From Ranitomeya imitator (Eukaryota), in assembly GCF_032444005.1 (NCBI RefSeq), contig NC_091287.1, positions 46,872,001-46,936,000 on the forward strand: DNA of 64,000 nucleotides, read 5' to 3'. The notes under the pieces are model-generated. The model searched no databases. It was not told where the DNA came from and saw only the letters and a list, made by a program, of their open reading frames with translations. A program made the position numbers and the translations under genes. Below, in pieces: positions 13,276-24,846 of this stretch; within the stretch, counting starts at the first letter, position 1, and the number at the start of each line of letters is the position of its first letter.

Positions 13276-15722
13276 CAGTTGTGTGAAAAAGAGTTTGCCC
13301 CCTTCCTGATTTCCTATTCTTTTACATGTTTGTCGTCCTTAAATGTTTCAGCTCACAAATAAACAATATTAGACAAAGATAACACAAGTAAACACAAAAT
13401 GCAGTTTTTAAATGAAGGTCTTTATTTTTATGGGAAAATGAAGTCCATAACTACAGGGCCCTGTGCGGAAAAGTGATTCACCCCAAAAAACAAACATAAA
13501 TTAACTGTGGTTTATCACATCTTTGGGAAGCTGGGTTCAAATTCCCTAGCCACACCTGATTACTGCAACACCTGTTCTCAATCAAGAATTCACTTAAATA
13601 GGACCTGCCTGACAAAGTTAAGTATTCCAAAGAAATTCTGGAACAAATAAGAAACAAAGTAATTGAGATCTATTAGTCTGGAAAAGGTTATCAAGTCACT
13701 TCCAAAGCTTTGGGACTCCAGTAAACCACAGAGACAGCCATTAGACAGAAATGGAGAAAACAGGGAACAGTGGTGAACCTTTCCAGGAGTGGCCGGCCAA
13801 CCAAAATTACCCCAAGATCGCAGCAGCGACTCATCCAAGAGGTCACAAAAGAGCCCACAACAACATCCAAAGAACTGCAGGTCTCACTTGCCTCAGTTAA
13901 GGTCAGTCTTTTTGACTCCAACATAAGAAAGAGACAGGCCAAACATGACCTGTATGGTAGAGTTCCAAGACGAAAACCACTGCAGAGCAATAAAAACATA
14001 AAAGCTCATCTCCATTTTGCCAGAAAACATCTTGATGATCTCCAAGACTTTTGGGAGTATACTCTGTGGACTGTCAAGACAAAAGTTTACATTTTGTAAG
14101 GTGTATGTCCCATTCTGGAATATAAGTAATAGAGCATTTCAGAAAAGGAACATCATACCAATCAGTAAAATATAGTGGTGGTAGTGTGATGGTCTGCGAC
14201 CTATTTACTGCTTAACATAATAACATAGTAACATAGTTAGTAAAGCCGAAAAAAGACATTTGTCCATCCAGTTCAGCCTATATTCCATCATAATAAATCC
14301 CCAGATCTACGTCCTTCTACAGAACCTAATAATTGTATGATACAATATTGTTCTGCTCCAGGAAGACATCCAGGCCTCTCTTGAACCCCTCGACTGAGTT
14401 CGCCATCACCACCTCCTCAGGCAAGCAATTCCAGATTCTCACTGCCCTAACAGTAAAGAATCCTCTTCTATGTTGGTGGAAAAACCTTCTCTCCTCCAGA
14501 CGCAAAGAATGCCCCCTTGTGCCCGTCACCTTCCTTGGTATAAACAGATCCTCAGCGAGATATTTGTATTGTCCCCTTATATACTTATACATGGTTATTA
14601 GATCGCCCCTCAGTCGTCTTTTTTCTAGACTAAATAATCCTAATTTTGCTAATCTATCTGGGTATTGTAGTTCTCCCATCCCTTTTATTAATTTTGTTGC
14701 CCTCCTTTGTACTCTCTCTAGTTCCATTATATCCTTCCTGAGCACCGGTGGCCAAAACTGGACACAGTACTCCATGTGCGGTCTAACTAGGGAATTGTAC
14801 AGAGGCAGTATAATGCTCTCATCATGTGTATCCAGACCTCTTTTAATGCACCCCATGATCCTGTTTGCCTTGGCAGCTGCTGCCTGGCACTGGCTGCTCC
14901 AGGTAAGTTTATCATTAACTAGGATCCCCAAGTCCTTCTCCCTGTCAGATTTACCCAGTGGTTTCCCGTTCAGTGTGTAATGGTGATATTGATTCCTTCT
15001 TCCCATGTGTATAACCTTACATTTATCATTGTTAAACCTCATCTGCCACCTTTCAGCCCAAGTTTCCAACTTATCCAGATCCATCTGTAGCAGATACTTC
15101 AGGACCTGGAAGACTTGCTGTGGTAAATGGAACATGAATTCTGCTGTCTACCAAAAATCTTGAAGGAGAATGTCCGGCATCTGTTTGTAACCTCAAGCTT
15201 AAGTGCACTTGGGTTATGCAGCAGGACAATGATCCAAAGAACACTAGCAAGTCCACCTCTGAATGGCTTATGAAAAACAAAATTAAGACTGGAGTAGCCT
15301 AGTCAAAGTTCTGACCTTAATCCAATTAAGATGCTGTGGCATAACCTTAAAAAGGTGGTTCATGCTTGGAAACCCTCCAATGTGGTTAAATTACAACAAT
15401 TCTGCAAAGATGAGTGGGACAAAATTCCCCCAGAGCGTTATAAAAGACTCATTGCAAGTTATCGCAAATGCTTTACTGCAGTTGTTGCTGCTAAACATGG
15501 CACAACCAGTTATTAGGTTTAGGGGGCAATCACTTTTTCATACAGATCCCTTTAGGTTTGGATTTCTTTTTCCCTTGTTAATAACAACCTTCATTTAAAA
15601 ACTGCATTTTGTGTTCACTTGTGTTATCTTTGTCTAATATTTACATTTGTTTCATGGTCTGAAACATTTAAGTGTGAGAAACATGAAAAAGAATAGGAAA
15701 CCAGGAAGGGGGCAAATTCTTT
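13276..15722 (+). mobile_element. Degraded Tc1 transposon in PTCHD3-A intron 2, interrupted by a CR1
   Basis: TA|CAGTTGTG start, long inverted terminal regions, and transposase fragments (RSGRPTKITPR, LWTVKTK, QQDNDPKNT, LWHNLKK). The last ~13 nt of the right TIR are missing. Confidence 0.85.
14214..15096 (-). mobile_element. Young 5'-truncated CR1 3' end inserted in the Tc1 transposase
   Basis: Same subfamily as 22103-24299; (AACATAGT)n tail; CTT duplicated at the junctions. The Tc1 sequence ...ACTGCTT|CAGGACCTGG resumes after it. Confidence 0.92.
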
Positions 15723-15754
15723 AGACTCCAATAATTAGAATATTTTAGAATATA

Positions 15755-16101
15755 CAGTACAGACAGCAGAGTGAAGGCAAAAGGGCCAACAAGTGCTAAG
15801 CATCTGTGGGAACTCCTTCAAGATTGTTGGAAGAACATTCCCGTTGACTACCTCTTGAAGCTCATCAAGAGAATGCCAAGAGTGTGCAAAGCAGTCATCA
15901 AAGCAAAAGGTGGCTACTTTGAAGAACCTAGAATATAAGACATATTTTCAGTTGTTTCATACTTATTTGTTAAGTATATAATTCCACATGTGTTAATTCA
16001 TAGTTTTGATGCCTTCAGTGTGAATGTATAATTTTAATAGTCATGAAAATACAGAAAAAAATTTAAATGAGAAGGTGTGTTCAAACTTTTGGTCTGTACT
16101 G
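15755..16101 (+). mobile_element. Internally deleted Tc1 (second family)
   Basis: TA|CAGTACAGAC...GTCTGTACTG|TA. Retains only the transposase C-terminus (HLWELLQDCWKNIP...MPRVCKAVIKAKGGYF). Confidence 0.8.
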
Positions 16102-16315
16102 TACACTTGTGTGGAAAAGTAATACAGTACAGCACAATACAAGTACATGAGGTTTCAAAGATCCCAATGTATCAGAACAAGTCAGCGTAGGTTATAGGAC
16201 ATTTTGTTATGAAAGAGATGGGTATTTAAAACATTATACAATACATAAATGACAATAATTTTGACATGATCATCACAATGTTACAAAGAATAAGTTCTCT
16301 TCTGCTTTGTTTTAG

Positions 16316-16461
16316 TTTTGACAACGTAAGAAATAAAATTTGGCTGACTACGATTGGAGTGATATCACCTGGATTAGCAATATTGGCAAGTTTTGGGTTG
16401 CTTTTACTGTGTGGGGTACCATTTGCCAGGACCGTTGCATATGCACCTTTTCTGATTCTTG
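16316..16461 (+). CDS. PTCHD3: PTCHD3-like copy A, coding exon 3 (146 nt, sterol-sensing domain TM3)
   Basis: TTTTAG| acceptor; encodes [49 protein letters not shown]; G|GTAAGA donor, phase 1. Confidence 0.9.
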
Positions 16462-16929
16462 GTAAGAAAAATTTAGGTATTATTACAATTTTATTATGTT
16501 TATAAAATGAAAACAAAGATACAACTAAAACTAACTGTTATCGGTTCTTGTTCAGAGAACATTATAATCTACATTCACGAACAAAATGTAATGTCAGTTT
16601 GCTACTTTAAAACCCTCATTAAGGTTTTTCCATCAATTATTTCAATGGGACGAGCTGTGCATCTTATGTGTATGGTGGCCTTGTGATGAATCATTTTGGA
16701 GTAGAGCGGGATAGGGTTGGTGTTAGGATTTAAGCCTGGAAATCCAATGTTCTTCTACTGAAAAAAGCAACAGCCACCAATGGAAGTCACAAAAAAATTT
16801 CACTCTCTAGTGCTGAAAAGCACAGATACCAAACGTTTATAGATTTTTTTTATTTAAGTGGTGAAAAAAAGTTCGGAAATTGGTAAAAGTAGTTTTGCTT
16901 ATATTTTAATTCTTCCAAGACATCTAACA

Positions 16930-17705
16930 TTTTCAGTTTTTGTGATATGAGACTGTGTGATGGCTTATATTTTGTACCTTGAGTTGATGTTTTTACTGAT
17001 ACGAATGTGAGGTAGATACGTTGTTTTCACCGCCTCTTTTTGCATGTTATTGCATGTTGCGACAGCCAAAAAAACCCACAAAACATTCTTGTCTTTCCAT
17101 TTTTTTCTTGTTACGCTGCTTACCATTCAGATCAGACTTTTCTGAACGCAGCGATACCAAATATGTGTATTTATTTATTTATTTGTTATCTTTTTAATGT
17201 GGCAAAAGGTGAGTCATTTGAACTTTTGTGTTTTTTTTTTCTTCATATTTTTAAAAACTTTTTTTTTTTTTTTTTTACTTTTTATTGTATTTAATAGTCT
17301 CCTTAGTGGATTTGAATCTGCAGTCGACTGCTTGTTCTAACATAGCAGTGCATTGGCGCTACTATGTATAGTTAATATCACGGTACCTTATGAATGCCAA
17401 CTTCACAGGACTATTGTGATGACAGGCACAGGGGTCTTCCGCAGACCACCGACTGTCATGACAACCCATAGGTGCCCTGCGATCATGTCACAGGTGTGCC
17501 AAAGGGTGCAGGGAATGATGCTCCCTCTTGCCCGCGCATGTTAAATGCTGCTGTCAGAGATTGACAGTGGCATATAACAGGTTAGCATGAGAGAGCGGAG
17601 CTCCGCTCCACCCGCAGCTGTTAGAGACAGATGATAGCTGATTAAGTCAGCCATCATCTGCTGGGAAATATGTGTTCTAAAAGAAAAGGACACAACATAA
17701 AGGGG
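16930..17705. mobile_element. Right part of a non-autonomous piggyBac-type element
   Basis: Ends AAGGGG|TTAA; interior similar to 29300-30240. The left boundary is approximate. Confidence 0.55.
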
Positions 17706-18341
17706 TTAAGGTATATGGACACTTTAAAATGATCTTTTAAATGCTAATATGATTGTATAGAATTCTTGTTCGTAATATTGATACGAGTTGGAATATGAAT
17801 CACTTTAATATTTTTTTCATAATAGCACAAAATGTATCATGTCTTCTGGTGTCCAACACTTAAAGCCTCTTATATTTTCTACCATTCTCCCCATGTTTTT
17901 ATTTCATATCATGTACTTATTATTTTTTCAGCTATGTCAATGATAAACTATGAAAATAAACCTAGAGGTCAGTTTTGTAAGAAGCCATTTATTAGTCTTT
18001 AATTGACAGGTATATGAGGAGCCTATAGATTTCAACACCATCATACATACCACCCCCAATGTTTTGTTGACCTTGTCAGCTAACCTAAAACCAAATGAAT
18101 TAACTAACATATGCATTTTTTTTAAATTGCAGATTCTGCTGTCTTTGTTTTGTTTTTGCCCATTTTTTTACCTAGTTAATTTATTTCGCATTGCTTATAT
18201 GACAGCAACAGACTTTACAGCAGTAAACAGAATTTTCCCACAATCAGTTATCCCATTTTCTAGTACACAATTCTAGGATGTAAGTTTCCTTAATGCTGCA
18301 GTAAATAACATAGTAATAGCTGTTTACTTTGTCTTGCATAG

Positions 18342-20203
18342 GAGTCGGAGTGGACAATATGTTCATTATAATCTCATGTTGGCAGCAAACAAAGGTGACG
18401 AGTACACTTGAAGAACGCATGGCTGACACGTACCAAGAAGCAGCAGTTTCCATCACCATCACTACACTCACGGATGTACTCGCATTCTACATTGGTATTA
18501 TGAACCACTTTCCCTCCGTGCAGTCATTCTGCATTTACACAGGAACTGCCCTGGTGTTCTGCTATATCTACTGCATATCTTTCTTCGGAGCAATATTGGC
18601 TTTGAATGGGATGCATGAAACAAAAAACAGACATTGGTTAACGTGCATGAAAGTGAATAACAAAAATGATGATAAAAGGAGCCTTTGGTATAACGCTTGT
18701 TGTGTTGGGGGAGCGTATGACCCAACTCGGGAAACAGAAACTGAACATCCAATATCTGCATTTTTTTATAAGTACTACGGACCATTTCTTACAAAACCAT
18801 GGGTAAAAGTATCGGTGTTACTTTTGTATCTGTTATATTTATCTGCCAGCATTTATGGAAGCGTTCAGATACAAGATGGGATCGATATTCGAAATTTGGC
18901 CAACGTCAATTCTTCCTTGACCCAATTTTACGATGTAGAAGCTTTATACTTTTCTAAGTATGGTCCAAGGGTTATGGTGGTGGTAAGTAATGAAGCGGAT
19001 TACTGGGATATAAAAACAAAGGAGATCATTCAAGCTTGTATGCAAGAGTTAGAAAATAATCACTATATAGCCAAGGAATATACGGTGTCTTGGTTGAGAA
19101 CGTATGAAGATATTGCTAAGGTAGAAAATCTGAACATAACCAATAAGGAGAATTTCCTTAAACATTTAAATCAAGTGTATCTAAATTTTTCTCAATTTAG
19201 GCAAGACATCATCACTAATGGGTATGAGATTAAGACGTCCAGGTTCTTCATCCAGGCCATTAATATTGCCACCGTGGGTGATGGTAAAAATATGTTAACC
19301 CATTTACGAGATGTCACAGACAATTGTGACGTTGAAGTATTTGTCTATCACCCATTATTCATTTACTTGGACCAGTATCATATAATAATTCAAAACACAA
19401 TTCAAAATATTGTAGTCGCAACAGTGGTCATGTTGGTCATTTCAGTTCTGTTCATACCAGACCCCTTGTGCGCACTGTGGGTAACATTTGCCATTGCATC
19501 CATCATAGCTGGCGTGACAGGCTTCATGTTTTTCTGGAAAGTCAACTTAGATTCTGTATCGATGATTAATCTTGTCATCTGTATCGGGTTTTCGGTCGAC
19601 TTTTCAGCTCATATAGTATATGCGAGTGTTTCTAACAGGAAACCAAATGCTAACCAGAGAGTAATCGATGCTCTGCATGTCCTGGGTTACCCTATTGTAC
19701 AAGGGGCTTTGTCAACAATTTTAGGAATTGCTGCCCTTTCTGCAGCAAAAAGCTATATATTCCAAACTTTTTTTAAGATCATGCTCCTCGTCATCACATT
19801 TGGGGCACTTCATGGCTTGTTATTTATACCTGTGTTTTTGATGACAGTAGGAGCCTGTAGAAAATCAGGGCATGTCAAAGAGGAGCCTAAAAACGATGAA
19901 AATAAGAATAATAAAGTGTTACCACCTGCAGTTATTTACCGGGCTCACCCTTTAACAACTGATATCCAAATAAGAAAACCGGAGGCGAGTTTGCCAGGAT
20001 ATGCCATTTCAACATCCAATGTGATGGACTACAGTAGTCTTGACGGGAACTACTTCTGTATGAGTCGGCAGGGAAGTAACTACTCTGTACTTCATCCGGA
20101 TGTCCAAAAACAGGGAAATGAAAATGTAAGCGAACTCGTGGAACATAGAAGGAGAATGCTACAAGTTTACCTGGAACACAAAACTGATCAGAAATGCCAC
20201 TAA
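18342..20203 (+). CDS. PTCHD3: PTCHD3-like copy A, coding exon 4 (SSD TM4-6, ectodomain 2, TM8-12, long C-tail); spliced protein ~957 aa
   Basis: GCATAG|GA acceptor. Open frame GVGVDNMFIIISCWQQT...ITITTLTDVLAF...GFSVDFSAHI...FGALHGLLFIPVFL to TAA 20201-20203. Exon lengths 744+122+146+1862=2874 nt, divisible by 3. Confidence 0.93.
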
Positions 20204-20730
20204 GTGACCATGGTAAAAAGCAATACGATAACGAGCTGCTGGGGCATAAAAATACATAACATTCTGTGATTATATTGGTGTTTTCGCATGAATTTGGCTA
20301 TAAAATGACTTACTGTTTTTATATGCTGCAATATAATGGTAGCCTTGAATTTCAGATACCCCTATGCAGTACCTTCTGCTTACCTTATGGTTTAACATAG
20401 TGTATAAATTGTCCAAAAAACAGTATACATTATTTCTGTTTAGAATCACTGTATTAAGATTATTTATTATAAAAGTAATATAGAAATGAAACAATTTTTT
20501 TGCTAGAGCCTTATACACAGCATTAGGATTAGTAATAATACTACCACAAAACAAATAACACAATCATTGTTACCACATAGCAAAAGCTAAAATTGCAGAA
20601 TCCATATCTTCTTGTTCGTTTGATATATGCTTTCATCAGTAGTTATTGTGTATTCAATTAAATTAAAACTGTCATTGTCTTTGAGAAATTAATATTTTTT
20701 TGTCAATCTTTCAATGAGTTTTTGCATACT

Positions 20731-20736
20731 AATAAA
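20731..20736 (+). terminator. Candidate polyadenylation signal of PTCHD3 copy A
   Basis: First AATAAA I found downstream of the stop codon (~530 nt), in an AT-rich 3' region. Confidence 0.35.
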
Positions 20737-20887
20737 TATCAATATATTAATAACTGGCCTCTTGGATGATAAAATGATATCTGCAAAGTAATTGTACAGA
20801 ATATTACAGCTGAGAGTGTTCTGTATATGTGACAATGTGTAATGCAGAGGTTGCAACCATGAACCCTCGGTTTTTCCTTTGAACTTA

Positions 20888-21622
20888 AGGTACCTTCACA
20901 CATAACGATATCGTTAACGATATCGTTGCTTTTGGTGACGTTGCAACGATATCGTTAAGGAAATCGCTATGTGTGACAGCGACCAACGATCAGGCCCCTG
21001 CTGGGAGATCGTTGGTCGCTGAGGAAAGTCCAGAACTTTATTTCGTCGCTGGACTCCCTGCTGACATCGCTGGATCGGCGTGTGTGACAACGATCCAGCG
21101 ATGTCTTCACTGGTAACCAGGTTAAACATCGGGTAACTAAGCGCAGGGCCGCGCTTAGTAACCCGATGTTTACCCTGGTTACCAGCGTAAAAGTTAAAAA
21201 AACAAACACTACATACTTACCTACCGCTGTCTGTCCCCGGCGCTCTGCTCTGCACTCCTCCTGTACTGGCTGTGAGCGTCGGTCAGCCGGAAAGCAGAGC
21301 GGTGACGTCACCGTTCTGCTTTCCGGCCGCTGTGCTCACAGTCAGTACAGGAGGAGTGCAGAGAAGCTGAGCGCCGGGGACAGGCAGCGGTAGGTAAGTA
21401 TGTAGTGTTTGTTTTTTTTACTTTTAGGATGGTAACCAGGGTAAACATCGGGTTACTAAGCGCGGCCCTGCGCTTAGTTACCCGATGTTTACCCTGGTTA
21501 CCGGCATCGTTGGTCGCTGGAGAGCTGTCTGTGTGACAGCTCTCCAGCGACCAAACAGCGACGCTGCAGCGATCCGGATCGTTGTCGGTATCGCTGCAGC
21601 GTCGCTTAATGTGAAGGGGCCT
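20888..21622. mobile_element. Harbinger-type palindromic MITE (family 1), copy 3
   Basis: TSD TTA/TTA, TIR AGGTACCTTCAC/GTGAAGGGGCCT, same internal hairpins as copies 1 and 2. Confidence 0.87.
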
Positions 21623-21714
21623 TTAGTCTAGGATGTCCTAGGATCTCTTAAGAGACAACAAATGATAACAGCTTTCAACCAAGAAGTCAAACCTGTCAAA
21701 AACCTAAACATCAT

Positions 21715-24390
21715 GGCTATGTTCACACATTGTGTTTTTGCAGCGTTTTTTTTTAATGCCAATTTTTCAGCTGCGTTTCACAGTACCTGCACGTATGAGA
21801 TTTCAGAAATCTCATGCACACACATTGTTTTTTTTTTCCTGACTATTTTGTCAAAGACCTTGGTTTTTGTAAAATGCAGCACATCACTTCTTTCAGCATT
21901 TTTCACCCATTGAAAGCAATGGGTAGTGCGAAAACTCTGCAAAAAAAAAAACCGCAGGTATCAAGTTTTGCTGTGTTTTTGGTGATAAAACCTGATGAAG
22001 CTGAATCAGACTTTTTGTATGCACTAAACTTTATTAGCATGTACAAGAGACAAATGTACCCTGGCAAACCCGCAGCAAAAAAAAAATGCACCAAAAATGT
22101 ACAAAGTTTGACCAGCTTAGAGATGCCCTTAATCTGGTAGACTGGGACAATATCCTCAGAAATAAGAATACAGATAATAAATGGGAAATGTTTAAGAACA
22201 TCCTAAATAGGCAGTGTAAGCGGTTTATACCTTGTGGGAATAAAATGACTAGAAATAGGAAAAACCCAATGTGGCTAAACAAAGAAGTAAGAGAGGCAAT
22301 TAACAGTAAAAAGAAAGCATTTGCACTACTAAAGCAGGATGGCACCATTGAAGCTCTGAAAAACTATAGGGAGAAAAATACTTTATCTAAAAAACTAATT
22401 AAAGCTGCCAAAAAGGAAACAGAGAAGCACATTGCTAAGGAGAGTAAAACTAATCCCAAACTGTTCTTCAACTATATCAATAGTAAAAGAATAAAAACTG
22501 AAAATGTAGGCCCCTTAAAAAATAGTGAGGAAAGAATGGTTGTAGATGACGAGGAAAAAGCTAACCTATTAAACACCTTCTTCTCCACGGTATTCATGGT
22601 GGAAAATGAAATGCTAGGTGAAATCCCAAGAAACAATGAAAACCCTATATTAAGGGTCACCAATCTAACCCAAGAAGAGGTGCGAAACCGGCTAAATAAG
22701 ATTAAAATAGATAAATCTCCGGGTCCGGATGGCATACACCCACGAGTACTAAGAGAACTAAGTAATGTAATAGATAAACCATTATTTCTTATTTTTAGGG
22801 ACTCTATAGCGACAGGGTCTGTTCCGCAGGATTGGCGCATAGCAAATGTGGTGCCAATATTCAAAAAGGGCTCTAAAAGTGAACCTGGAAATTATAGGCC
22901 AGTAAGTCTAACCTCTATTGTTGGTAAAATATTTGAAGGGTTTCTGAGGGATGTTATTCTGGATTATCTCAATGAGAATAACTGTTTAACTCCATATCAG
23001 CATGGGTTTATGAGAAATCGCTCCTGTCAAACCAATCTAATCAGTTTTTATGAAGAGGTAAGCTATAGGCTGGACCACGGTGAGTCATTGGACGTGGTAT
23101 ATCTCGATTTTTCCAAAGCGTTTGATACCGTACCGCACAAGAGGTTGGTACACAAAATGAGAATGCTTGGTCTGGGGGAAAATGTGTGTAAATGGGTTAG
23201 TAACTGGCTTAGTGATAGAAAGCAGAGGGTGGTTATAAATGGTATAGTCTCTAACTGGGTCGCTGTGACCAGTGGGGTACCGCAGGGGTCAGTATTGGGA
23301 CCAGTTCTCTTCAACATATTCATTAATGATCTGGTAGAAGGTTTACACAGTAAAATATCGATATTTGCAGATGATACAAAACTATGTAAAGCAGTTAATA
23401 CAAGAGAAGATAGTATTCTGCTACAGATGGATCTGGATAAGTTGGAAACTTGGGCTGAAAGGTGGCAGATGAGGTTTAACAATGATAAATGTAAGGTTAT
23501 ACACATGGGAAGAAGGAATCAATATCACCATTACACACTGAATGGGAAACCACTGGGTAAATCTGACAGGGAGAAGGACTTGGGGATCCTAGTTAATGAT
23601 AAACTTACCTGGAGCAGCCAGTGCCAGGCAGCAGCTGCCAAGGCAAACAGGATCATGGGGTGCATTAAAAGAGGTCTGGATACACATGATGAGAGCATTA
23701 TACTGCCTCTGTACAAATCCCTAGTTAGACCGCACATGGAGTACTGTGTCCAGTTTTGGGCACCGGTGCTCAGGAAGGATATAATGGAACTAGAGAGAGT
23801 ACAAAGGAGGGCAACAAAATTAATAAAGGGGATGGGAGAACTACAATACCCAGATAGATTAGCGAAATTAGGATTATTTAGTCTAGAAAAAAGACGACTG
23901 AGGGGCGATCTAATAACCATGTATAAGTATATAAGGGGACAATACAAATATCTCGCTGAGGATCTGTTTATACCAAGGAAGGTGACGGGCACAAGGGGCA
24001 TTCTTTGCGTCTGGAGGAGAGAAGGTTTTTCCACCAACATAGAAGAGGATTCTTTACTGTTAGGGCAGTGAGAATCTGGAATTGCTTGCCTGAGGAGGTG
24101 GTGATGGCGAACTCAGTTGAGGGGTTCAAGAGAGGCCTGGATGTCTTCCTGGAGCAGAACAATATTGTATCATACAATTATTAGGTTCTGTAGAAGGACG
24201 TAGATCTGGGTATTTATTATGATGGAATATAGGCTGAACTGGATGGACAAATGTCTTTTTTCGGCCTTACTAACTATGTTACTATGTTACTATGTTACTA
24301 TGTACTAAAAACTAACAAAAAGAGTGTTTTTTGTAAATAGCTTAAACTTGGCATAAAAAAACCCTGCAAAAATGCAACGCGTGAACATAT
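21715..24390. mobile_element. GGCTATG-type MITE split by the CR1 at 22103-24299
   Basis: Left end GGCTATGTTCACAC, degraded right end CGTGAACATA. The interior continues on both sides of the CR1. Confidence 0.6.
22103..24299 (+). mobile_element. Young 5'-truncated CR1 LINE (complete RT domain, no endonuclease)
   Basis: Long open frame with [40 protein letters not shown] and FADD; (ACTATGTT)n tail; TSD ATGTAC at 22097-22102 and 24300-24305. Confidence 0.95.
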
Positions 24391-24486
24391 AATTTAACAA
24401 AAACTGACATACCAGATGTTCATATATAAATAAATCCCAACTGGAAAAGGATGAACAATGCTCAAAGACAGTGCAACTCCCTATAT

Positions 24487-24590
24487 CAGGGGTGGGGAAC
24501 CTTTTTTTCTGCCAAGGGCCATTTGGAATTTTATAACAGCGTTCGGGGGCTGTATAAAATTATTACTGTAACTTAAACATTAGCCAGAGA
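24487..24590 (+). mobile_element. hAT (Charlie-like) left-end fragment
   Basis: CAGGGGTGGGGAACC...AAGGGCCATTTGG start. I did not find the matching right end. Confidence 0.45.
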
Positions 24591-24786
24591 CCTGGCGACC
24601 AACATCACTGGTGCGGGAGGAGAGTAAATGTTTTTTTTTTATGTTGCAAGGAGAAGGACTACTTAATTTAAAAAGAGTGAATAAGGTAGTGGACACAGAT
24701 CAAACTAACCCACATGCTGCCAGGCTTCATGGGACCAAACCTAAAGAGTTCAATTTGCTATTGGCTTGCTGACTTTCAAAGTCATC

Positions 24787-24846
24787 AATAATAATAATAA
24801 TATAATAATCTTTATTTATATAGCGCCAACATATTCCGCAGCGCTT
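24787..24846 (-). mobile_element. L2 LINE 3' tail fragment
   Basis: (AAT)n-CTTTATTTATATAGCGCCAACATATTCCGCAG, identical to the - strand L2 tail at ~39830-39875. Confidence 0.75.

Noticed and set aside
7759-24177. ORFs antisense to CR1 RT (e.g. 7896, 8430, 14333, 23063, 23531) and to L2 (40594)
   Set aside because: Shadow frames of LINE coding sequence with no independent evidence.
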